DNA from: Chlamydiota bacterium
GTDB taxonomy: Bacteria; Auribacterota; JACPWU01
Assembly: GCA_016196885.1 (NCBI GenBank)
Contig: JACPWU010000019.1
Location: 1-32,000, forward strand
DNA: 32,000 bases
Reading direction: 5' to 3'
Positions 25,541 to 32,000 of this stretch are shown here, one piece after another. A program made the translations under genes and the position numbers. The notes under the pieces are model-generated. The model did not search any database and was not told the DNA's origin. It was given only the letters and a program-made list of their open reading frames with translations. Every line of letters begins with the position of its first letter. Positions within the stretch are counted from its first letter, which is position 1.

Positions 25541-26337
25541 TCCTCTTTCCTCTTAAATTTAATCGCATCAATTTGAAGGCTGCAAGTCAGGGGTTCGTTC
25601 TTGTTGGATTCAATGTCCAATTTCCGGATGATGAATAAATGGTTAGAGGCATGGGCCTTGTGCAGAAAGTTCCTCAAGTTTTCCTGAGAGCATCGAATGA
25701 CCATTTCAAAAGACAAAAGTTCGTACATCACGTGAGAAGGGGGTAAGGGAATTTCCTTCACCTCTTTTTTGGTGATGGTGTCTACCGATTGGATGTGAGA
25801 TTCAATGAGGAAATTGGCAAGTGTGCTCAAGGCGTCCAATTCCAAGCACAAGTGGGGAACCTCTGTTGCAGGCGGGATGTTCCCACTTTCAAATTCCGAA
25901 AACCCAATGGTCTGGGGAAGGGTGATGTTCCAAAGGCCCGCCCTTTCTATCAGAAGCCGCTCGGTTTTCAAAAGCGCTTCTTTGAATTCCAAGGGAGAGA
26001 GATTTGTTTGAACGGGTTTTGCCCCATCCAGAAGAAGCAGGAGATCATTGTAACGCTTTTTCATCGCTTCATATTGAGTTGTAAATTCTGTGACGTGGGC
26101 AGGGGTGAGAGGGATTTGACTGGTAGAAATAATTTGTTGAACAGCTTTGAAATGATTCTCTAAATCTTGTGTCACCTTGGTTTTTGAGACCCAGGTGTTT
26201 CTCAGGAGGAAAAGGCCTGAGGCGATCAGAAAGAGGAGTACAAGTCCCCCTGTGACCAGGGCAGGGTTGAAGCGGATGGGGATAAGATTCCTCATCGCAA
26301 AAGCTCCTCGGGATGACGGCTGCGCAGCCATTTTCAT
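25537..26337 (-). CDS. TM + coiled-coil pilus-system protein (PilO position; possibly Amuc_1100-like)
   Basis: 266 aa with a single N-terminal TM (LVTGGLVLLFLIASGLFLL) and a helical periplasmic part. ATGA overlaps occur at both ends. The call rests on position and architecture only. Confidence 0.55.
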   Translation of the reverse strand: MKMAAQPSSRGAFAMRNLIPIRFNPALVTGGLVLLFLIASGLFLLRNTWVSKTKVTQDLENHFKAVQQIISTSQIPLTPAHVTEFTTQYEAMKKRYNDLLLLLDGAKPVQTNLSPLEFKEALLKTERLLIERAGLWNITLPQTIGFSEFESGNIPPATEVPHLCLELDALSTLANFLIESHIQSVDTITKKEVKEIPLPPSHVMYELLSFEMVIRCSQENLRNFLHKAHASNHLFIIRKLDIESNKNEPLTCSLQIDAIKFKRKEE

Positions 26338-28031
26338 TCCTCTACCTCCATTTGGATGACGAAATCCTGGACGCCTTCGATGGGCGGATTGGCAGAGCGG
26401 ATTTGCACGTTCTGGAAAAGAGGAGATTCGTCCAGCGTCTCTCGAAAATGGGCGACATCTGTGTAAGTGCCAGAGGTTTTACAATAAAGTGTTAAGAGAA
26501 GAGTTCCAGCAGGAGCTGCTTGAGAATGATGGGGGGGAGAGGGGGGTGGAGCAGGGGGGGGTGTTTTGGGAGGGGGGCCCTTTTTCTGGGGATTGGATTT
26601 CTGAGGAACAGTTTTTTGAATGTAAGATGAGGTGAGCTTGTCTAACCAGATATCTGGAGGGATTCCCTTTTGAAACTCCCGAAAAATTTTTCCCCAAAGA
26701 GCTTTTTCAGAAACCAATTTCTTGATCTCTTCAATTTGAACGAGATAAATCTGATTTTCCTGGTTGAGTGTTTTGACTTTGTCGGCGTAGCCTTCAAGCG
26801 TTTGCTGGATCACAATCGTTTTTGCAAGACGGATTTGCCTCACCTTTTTGATTTCGTGATGGTAAAAAATCTGAGAGCCCAAAATAGCCAGTCCCAGCAG
26901 GCTCAAGATCAAAACATTTTCCTGCTGCTTACGAATCTCTCGCTGAGCAATGTAGGATTTTGGAAGGAGATTCAGGGTCCCATTCTCGAGTGTTTGCAAA
27001 ATCAAGCCGATCGGGGTGGCGAAAAGGGATGCCTCGTCTTGGAGCCTAGAATCAGAGACGGGGGTTAATTGAGGATGTTCAAAGGGATTTAAGAGATGGA
27101 CAGGTAAAGAGAGTTTCTCGGCCAGCGCTTCTTCCAGTCCGGGGAGTTTCGCACATCCCCCCGTGAGATAAATTTGAGAAATAGGGTGGCCCTCGAATTG
27201 CGTTTCATAAAACCCAATAGATCTGGAAAGCTCTGCGGTTAGTTTTGAAAGGCTTGTAGCCAATGCCTCCCATAGCTTTTCATCCACCGAGGTTCTCTCT
27301 TGAGGGGTCTTGGGCCGAAGCGTTGCCTTTTTTTCTTTCAGGTTTTGCGCCTCTTTAAATTCTAGTTTCGTCTCCTTTTGAATTTCCTGAGTGAAATGAT
27401 CTCCCCCAAAGGAAAGGGTTCTGATCCAAAGGGTATGTTGCGAAGACACGATGAATTGACTGGAATGTTTCCCGATGTCCAGAAGGGCCCATGTTCTATC
27501 ATCTCTCTGTGAGAGATGGCGTAGGCAGTGCATGGAAGCAAGAGGCGAAATTCCCAAAAATTCCAGAGGTATTTTTTTTTCTTCAAAACGCTGGAGAAGT
27601 TCCTGAATCCATCCCCGCCGCGCCGCCGTGAGCAAGATATGAAGATGCTCGGGGTCGGGATTCCCTAGATTTTCATAATCCCAAATCACTTCACTCAATG
27701 AAAAAGGGACTTGCTGCTGGGCCTCATATTCTACAATCTGCCGGATTTTGGTCCGATCAATAATGGGCAGTTTCAAGAGCCGACAAAAACTCAAAGGGCC
27801 GGGGGCTGAAACATAAATAGAAGTGCTGCGGGTTTTGATTTTTAATTGGGCGAGCATTTGAACAATTTTTTGAACGAGGGCCGTGGCCGACTGGGTCATG
27901 AGATCTATGGGGCCTTCGACCTCTTCTACCAGATGAGCTGTCAACGTCAGTTTTTTCCCTTTGACAGAAAAAACAGCCATTTTAATCTGATGGCTTCCAA
28001 TGTCAACCGCAACACGATTTTTCTGAGCCAT
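26334..28031 (-). CDS. PilM-like actin-fold ATPase fused to a PilN-like TM/periplasmic module
   Basis: 565 aa. N-terminus VAVDIGSHQIKMAV (phosphate-1), then LTGGCAKLPGLEEALAEKL. A TM follows at ~aa 375 (VLILSLLGLAILGSQIFY), then a coiled coil, the Pro-rich GPPPKTPPPAPPPSPP, and a ~70-aa C-terminal domain. Confidence 0.85.
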   Translation of the reverse strand: MAQKNRVAVDIGSHQIKMAVFSVKGKKLTLTAHLVEEVEGPIDLMTQSATALVQKIVQMLAQLKIKTRSTSIYVSAPGPLSFCRLLKLPIIDRTKIRQIVEYEAQQQVPFSLSEVIWDYENLGNPDPEHLHILLTAARRGWIQELLQRFEEKKIPLEFLGISPLASMHCLRHLSQRDDRTWALLDIGKHSSQFIVSSQHTLWIRTLSFGGDHFTQEIQKETKLEFKEAQNLKEKKATLRPKTPQERTSVDEKLWEALATSLSKLTAELSRSIGFYETQFEGHPISQIYLTGGCAKLPGLEEALAEKLSLPVHLLNPFEHPQLTPVSDSRLQDEASLFATPIGLILQTLENGTLNLLPKSYIAQREIRKQQENVLILSLLGLAILGSQIFYHHEIKKVRQIRLAKTIVIQQTLEGYADKVKTLNQENQIYLVQIEEIKKLVSEKALWGKIFREFQKGIPPDIWLDKLTSSYIQKTVPQKSNPQKKGPPPKTPPPAPPPSPPHHSQAAPAGTLLLTLYCKTSGTYTDVAHFRETLDESPLFQNVQIRSANPPIEGVQDFVIQMEVEE

Positions 28032-28034
28032 GGG

Positions 28035-28610
28035 CTATTTCATGTCCTCATGGGGGTCCGCTTCACTCAGTGCAAAAGGGGTCTCTGTCACTTTTTTGAG
28101 CAATCCTTCCTTCACGGGATATTGATTCCACCATTCTTTTCTAGAAGTCTGGGGCCATTGATCAGTGTCTTGATTCTCTCCCGCCACTGAGATTTCCACC
28201 GCAACTTTTTGGATTTCTCCGAATCTCTGAAGGGTGGTGGGATGAAGATAAAATGCAGCGTAATGGGACGGGCCGCCAGCAACATTCACTTGTGTCATGC
28301 GCTCTTTAAAAACAGTTCCCCCTTGAGCGAGCACATAAAAGGTCAGTTGAACTTCGTCGAGCCAATCTATTGAGCTTGAGTATTCCACTTCCACTTTACC
28401 CCATTTGCCTCGCAGCGCCGTTTGGCTTAAACCGGCCAACCCCTGAGGTTCAAACCCTTCAAACCCCGAATGGCCATGGGCAAGAGTGTCCACACGAATT
28501 TTTTTAATGTGTAACCCTCCAGCGCTCTTTGTCCCGTATTGGGCAAAGGAAGCAACAGAGGCAGATAGGAATGCGATAAGCACAAACACGAAAAGTTTGT
28601 AATGTCTCAT
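28035..28610 (-). CDS. secreted protein, first gene of the pilus-like operon (Amuc_1102 position)
   Basis: I start at the ATG at 28610: MRHYKLFVFVLIAFLSASVASFAQ is a signal peptide. The 40 upstream codons in the track are not signal-like. The stop lies 3 nt before the pilM-like start. Confidence 0.65.
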   Translation of the reverse strand: MRHYKLFVFVLIAFLSASVASFAQYGTKSAGGLHIKKIRVDTLAHGHSGFEGFEPQGLAGLSQTALRGKWGKVEVEYSSSIDWLDEVQLTFYVLAQGGTVFKERMTQVNVAGGPSHYAAFYLHPTTLQRFGEIQKVAVEISVAGENQDTDQWPQTSRKEWWNQYPVKEGLLKKVTETPFALSEADPHEDMK

Positions 28611-28724
28611 GAGACCATGAAAGAACTGTATCCAATCATATAATACCATTTTAAGGAGTGTCAATGCGGAATGGTTGGGGGGTATAAACACTGTTAAGCG
28701 TAAGATTATGATACAATCGAACCT

Positions 28725-29003
28725 ATGCAATTTGAATGGGATAGGGAATCATTTCATGATGCCATGAAATCTAAAGAAAAGAAAATGAACGACGAATTAC
28801 GCCATGAATATAATTTTGATTATTCTAAGGCTGTTCGTGGCAAGTATTACAAGCGCATTTTAGAAGAAGGTGCCAATGTTATCATGCTTGAGCCAGATGT
28901 GGCCAAGGCATTTTCTGATTCAGCCTCAGTCAATGATGCATTGAGGTCATTACTCGATTTAACAAGAACAACTCAACGCCTGACAAAGCACTCCGGCGGA
29001 TAA
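28725..29003 (+). CDS. BrnA-like (CopG-type) antitoxin preceded in frame by a BrnT/DUF497 N-terminal stub
   Basis: MQFEWD matches the FEWD opening of DUF497 toxins. From M21, MNDELRHEYNFDYSKAVRGKYYKR...LEPDVAKAFSDSASVNDALRSLL matches the EYDFSKAxRGK...V...F.....VN.ALR.L antitoxin pattern. Confidence 0.55.
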   Translation: MQFEWDRESFHDAMKSKEKKMNDELRHEYNFDYSKAVRGKYYKRILEEGANVIMLEPDVAKAFSDSASVNDALRSLLDLTRTTQRLTKHSGG

Positions 29004-29129
29004 GCTGTTGCCCACCGGTGAGTTCTGGAGTTGGACGAACACAGCCGCGGCGTGTTGTCTGGAAGGAAAGACTGATCCTGGGTTTATCTGGAAACCATAA
29101 TAAGCAGAAGTTAGGAAGGAGTGATCTAT

Positions 29130-29633
29130 ATGGGAATTTTAGACTTATTCAGGAGTCATAAAACGAAATCTACAAATGTTCCGAAAAGAACAGGCTGTAA
29201 CGCTCCACTTATTGAGGCTATTGTTGAGCTGTATGACGGAAAAGAAGGTAGTTATCAACGGGTTTTTGACTTGCTTGAAGAATCAGAGCTTATGGTCCCG
29301 CTCACGGAACCCTATTCTCCCGGAAAATCAACGGGAGGCGCTTTTACAATAAGGACAATAAGTGGCGGGACAGCCATTCTTTGCTTTACCCATGCTCAAG
29401 CACTCCACCTATGGAAACCAGGACAAGGATCAGCTGTAGCCTTGAGCTTTCTTGATGTTTCTCGACAAGTTGCAGGGAGTAACGGAAATCTGGACTCAAT
29501 TGTCATTGACCATGCAGGCCCTATTTGGTTAGAAATTAAACGGGCAACGTTTAATGGGGAAATCCGTTGGGAAATGCACTGGCCAAAATCACCTCAAGAT
29601 AAGGGACCGGATTTCAAAGGACATATTTCCTAA
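29130..29633 (+). CDS. hypothetical protein, SseB-like (tentative)
   Basis: 168 aa from the ATG at 29130 (AGGAG RBS 8 nt upstream). The pattern LIEAIVELYDGKEGSYQRVFDLLEESELMVPL...TAILCFTHAQAL resembles the SseB N-terminal domain. By eye it is more GC-rich than its neighbours. Confidence 0.4.
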   Translation: MGILDLFRSHKTKSTNVPKRTGCNAPLIEAIVELYDGKEGSYQRVFDLLEESELMVPLTEPYSPGKSTGGAFTIRTISGGTAILCFTHAQALHLWKPGQGSAVALSFLDVSRQVAGSNGNLDSIVIDHAGPIWLEIKRATFNGEIRWEMHWPKSPQDKGPDFKGHIS

Positions 29634-29705
29634 CAAAACGTTGGAGCCAACGCCCACACGCTGCTTCGCGTTGTGCGGGCGTTGCCCACAGCTTTTTCGT
29701 TATCC
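29627..29705 (+). other. attC-like imperfect palindrome (candidate integron-cassette recombination site)
   Basis: TCCTAAC (overlapping the stop) -AAAAC- GTTGGAG, then the long bulged stem CAACGCCCACACGC-TGCTTC-GCGTTGTGCGGGCGTTG, then ...TTTTTC-GTTATCC. TTCCTAAC (29627-34) is the rc of GTTAGGAA (29110-17) upstream of the ORF. Confidence 0.35.
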
Positions 29706-29755
29706 TTCAAAATCTCGGTAATGATTGCTTTCCAGTAAAATGATAGATTTGAAAC

Positions 29756-29935
29756 ATGAAAACTCTTTCAGCGATTGTTCGTCAAGAAGGAAAGTGGTTT
29801 GTTGCGGAATGTCCTGAAATCGGCACTGTCAGTCAGGGTAAAACTCTGGATGAGTCAGTTGCTAATCTTCGAGAGACGACCGAAATTTATCTGGAAGAAT
29901 TTCCTCTGGATCTGAAGTGTGCACGCCTGTTTTAA
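29756..29935 (+). CDS. HicB-family (UPF0150) antitoxin-like protein, 59 aa, no adjacent hicA
   Basis: Below the track cutoff. MKTLSAIVRQEGKWFVAECPEIGTVSQGKTLDESVANLRETTEIYLEEFPLDLKCARLF matches the HicB N-domain pattern (..G.(W/Y).A..PE..G..SQG.T.EEA..NL.EA...YLE). Confidence 0.65.
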   Translation: MKTLSAIVRQEGKWFVAECPEIGTVSQGKTLDESVANLRETTEIYLEEFPLDLKCARLF

Positions 29936-29995
29936 CAGCTTTTGAGGTGTTGGGCGGGGTTTTTAGCCTTCTAAAATAATATTTCCATCCTGTTT

Positions 29996-30028
29996 TATAA
30001 TGTGTATAATTATATATGTTTATACACA
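29996..30028 (+). promoter_or_regulatory. vapBC promoter/operator: two TATAAT boxes and a 9-bp perfect inverted repeat
   Basis: TATAAT occurs at 29996-30001 and 30005-30010. TGTGTATAA (30001-30009) is the rc of TTATACACA (30020-30028). The GGAGG RBS is at 30031-35. An operator overlapping the promoter is typical of autoregulated TA loci. Confidence 0.5.
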
Positions 30029-30040
30029 CTGGAGGTAAAA

Positions 30041-30235
30041 GTGAGAACGAATGTCGTGATTAACGATGATTTAATGAAATCAGCCCTTAAGTTTTCTGGG
30101 TTAAAAACAAAAAAGGATGCCATAGAATCTGGGCTGCAATTATTGGTCAAGCTCAACCGTCAAGCAAGGGTTAAAGATTTTCGAGGCAAGCTAAAGTGGG
30201 TTGGTAATCTGGATGAGGCACGGACAGACAAATGA
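30041..30235 (+). CDS. vapB: type II antitoxin VapB
   Basis: GTG start at 30041, 5 nt after GGAGG. VRTNVVINDDLMKSALKFSGLKTKKDAIESGLQLLVKLNRQ...FRGKLKWVGNLDEAR fits the VapB pattern. It overlaps vapC by 4 nt. Confidence 0.85.
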   Translation: MRTNVVINDDLMKSALKFSGLKTKKDAIESGLQLLVKLNRQARVKDFRGKLKWVGNLDEARTDK

Positions 30236-30627
30236 TCGTCGTTGATTCATCCGTTTGGATTGACTATTTTAACGGTAAAAAGAGCGATAAAACCGATTGG
30301 TTGGATTCTGCTATAGGAAATAAACATATTATTGTGGGCGATCTTATTTTGGCTGAGATCCTGCAAGGATTCCAAAGTGACCCCGATTTCAAAACAGCTA
30401 AGAACTTGCTCTTGGATTTTCCATTCATGGAGATGGTTGGACAGGAATTGGCTATAAAAAGCGCGTTGAATTATCGATTCTTAAGAAAGAATGGAATCAC
30501 GGTACGTAAGACGATCGATGTTATGATTGGGACTTTTTGCATTTATTACCAGTGTTCATTATTGCATGATGATAGGGATTTTAAACCTATGGAGAAGTAT
30601 TTAAAATTAAAAACAATTGCAATCTAA
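30232..30627 (+). CDS. vapC: type II toxin VapC (PIN-domain ribonuclease)
   Basis: 131 aa with MIVVDSSVWIDYF (the first PIN Asp) and the later acidic residues ..AEIL.G.., ..DVMIGT.. and LLHDDRDF. Confidence 0.9.
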   Translation: MIVVDSSVWIDYFNGKKSDKTDWLDSAIGNKHIIVGDLILAEILQGFQSDPDFKTAKNLLLDFPFMEMVGQELAIKSALNYRFLRKNGITVRKTIDVMIGTFCIYYQCSLLHDDRDFKPMEKYLKLKTIAI

Positions 30628-30638
30628 CGACAAGAATC

Positions 30639-31808
30639 ATGCCCTCTTCTGAAAAAAGTCTACTTCAGCAAATTCAAAAGCTTTATGGAGTCATTGAGGC
30701 CAGCACTTTGGTGATTTCAGAGTTGGACATCAATGAAGTGTTGCGGCTCGTGATGGAAATTGCCAAGAAGGTGGTGAATGCGGAGGCCTCGAGCCTGCTT
30801 GTGCTGGATGCGAAGACGGGTCTTTTGGGTTATGAAGTGGCCTTGGGAGAGAAGGGTGAGGAGGTCAAACAGAAATTTTCTTTGAAATTGGGACAGGGAA
30901 TCGCCGGATGGGTGGCCGAGCATGGTAAACCCTTGCTTGTGGAGGATGCTCAGAAGGACGAGCGATTTTTTAAGGGAGCGGATCAATCGACGGGTTTTAA
31001 AACCCGCTCTATTCTTTGCGTTCCCATGAAGGTGCATGACAAAATTACAGGGGTCATCGAGGTCATTAATCCCTTAAAGGGTAAAAAGGCCTTTGATGAG
31101 GGAGATTTAAAACTTTTGAATGCCTTCTCCAGTTTGGCTGCCATTGCCATTGAAAATGCAAAGCTCACCCAGGAAAAATTAGAACAGCAGGCCATGGAAC
31201 AGAGCCTTGTTATCTCGCATCAGATTCAAGAAAACTTTTTAAAAAAAGATTTTCCCAACCTTAAAAGTTTTCAAGCCTTTGCCCAACTCAAATCGGCTTA
31301 TGAAATTGGAGGAGATTTTTACGATTTTCTCGCGTTGGGCAAAAATCGTTGGGGGATTGTGATTGGCGATGTTTCAGGTCGAGGGATTCCCGCCTTGTCC
31401 TATTTTGTGCTGGATTGTAAAACAGGTAAACTGGAGTGGGCGAACGCGGGACATTTGCCTTTTTTTATTTGTCGGGCTCGCAGTGGCAAGGTGGAAAAAA
31501 TCTTAGGAGAGCATGGCCTGCCTTTGGGGATTCTTTATCATTCAAAAATTCCGCTTCAAGAAGTGATGCTTGAAAAAGGGGACCTTTTAATTTTGTTAAC
31601 GGACGGGGTCATTGAAGCGCGCAATGCCAAGGGAGAAGAATTTGGCTGGGAGCGGCTTGAAAAATATTTGGAATCTTTGTCACCAGAGGCTTCTCTTGAG
31701 CAAACGGTGAATGATCTTTTTGAAAAGTTGGACCGCTTTGGAGGTTCTTTCGCCATTCCGGATGATGTCACCCTTTTGGCCTTGAAATATCACGGGCCTC
31801 AGAAGTGA
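30639..31808 (+). CDS. GAF-domain SpoIIE/PP2C-type protein phosphatase (RsbU-like), with an apparently shortened catalytic domain
   Basis: GAF: ASSLLVLDAKTGLL...GIAGWVAEHGKPLLVEDAQKDERF. PP2C: GGDFYDF, GDVSGRGIPA, ANAGH, LLTDGVIEA, DDVTLLAL. Confidence 0.85.
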   Translation: MPSSEKSLLQQIQKLYGVIEASTLVISELDINEVLRLVMEIAKKVVNAEASSLLVLDAKTGLLGYEVALGEKGEEVKQKFSLKLGQGIAGWVAEHGKPLLVEDAQKDERFFKGADQSTGFKTRSILCVPMKVHDKITGVIEVINPLKGKKAFDEGDLKLLNAFSSLAAIAIENAKLTQEKLEQQAMEQSLVISHQIQENFLKKDFPNLKSFQAFAQLKSAYEIGGDFYDFLALGKNRWGIVIGDVSGRGIPALSYFVLDCKTGKLEWANAGHLPFFICRARSGKVEKILGEHGLPLGILYHSKIPLQEVMLEKGDLLILLTDGVIEARNAKGEEFGWERLEKYLESLSPEASLEQTVNDLFEKLDRFGGSFAIPDDVTLLALKYHGPQK

Positions 31809-31900
31809 CTCTCGCAAGAGTCATCCTGAGGAGTTTTTGCGACGAAGGATCTAAATTTTTTTTTTGACCTCTCCTATCCCATACATAATTCCGAATATAA

Positions 31901-31928
31901 TTGACGCATGTAATAAATATCCTATAAT
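31901..31928 (+). promoter_or_regulatory. sigma70-type promoter candidate
   Basis: TTGACG (31901-06), a 16-nt spacer, then TATAAT (31923-28). A possible ORF start ATG at 31966 (MFQRRILKYLD...) runs off the window end. Confidence 0.45.
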
Positions 31929-32000
31929 TTGTTACATACATAGTTATAAATAAGGCCTAACTTTAATGTTTCAGCGTCGAATATTAAAATATCTTGATCA

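Noticed and set aside
28611-28730. N-terminal 40-codon extension of the 28035-28730 track ORF, and similar extensions for rplS (to 10130), murA (to 12421), trmD (to 10761) and tatA (to 3382)
   Set aside because: The extensions use TTG or upstream starts, lack RBSs, overlap neighbouring genes or repeats, and do not match the family N-termini. Internal ATGs with RBSs give canonical N-termini or a signal peptide.
28725-30627. Calling the islet a bona fide integron or CALIN
   Set aside because: Only one attC-like fold (29627-29705) is reasonably convincing and no intI is in the window. It is kept as a hypothesis in the findings, not as a feature call.
31806-31865. Possible terminator after the GAF-SpoIIE gene
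   Set aside because: The 7-bp hairpin TGACTCT-CGCA-AGAGTCA overlaps the stop codon but is not followed by Ts. The T10 run (31856-65) is preceded only by a weak 5-bp stem with an 18-nt loop. This is not enough to call an intrinsic terminator.

Overview
32-kb chromosomal window from an AT-leaning bacterium. The phylum is not determinable from the sequence; the pilus-like cluster resembles, from memory, loci in Verrucomicrobia/PVC-type lineages. Positions 1-28610 are almost entirely co-directional minus-strand genes. They are a NirB-like oxidoreductase 5' end, tRNA-Ala(CGC), an MFS transporter, tatA-tatC, yifB/comM-family ATPase, yraN, rnhB, rpsP-trmD-rplS, murA, prfA-prmC, rpmE, rho, coaE, polA, two large polytopic-membrane+TPR proteins, and a five-gene translationally coupled PilM/secretin pilus-like cluster (21961-28610). 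At about 28.7 kb the coding strand switches to plus. A small accessory islet follows (BrnA-like antitoxin with a BrnT stub, SseB-like protein, orphan HicB-like, vapBC), then a GAF-SpoIIE phosphatase. The most unusual content is non-coding. (1) Nearly every spacer between minus-strand genes holds a long hairpin whose two arms are tandem 7-nt (once 8-nt) units; the architecture is shared but the sequence differs at each locus. (2) A family of C-tract/G-tract palindromes also forms about 38-nt inverted repeats around a DUF559 endonuclease gene and occurs in frame inside a CDS. (3) There is a REPIN-like inverted doublet with a 5' GTAG. (4) A 217-bp element is bounded by 20-bp perfect inverted repeats. 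(5) One attC-like folded site follows a cassette-like ORF. All protein family calls come from reading motifs by eye, with no database search, so they should be confirmed with HMM/BLAST.
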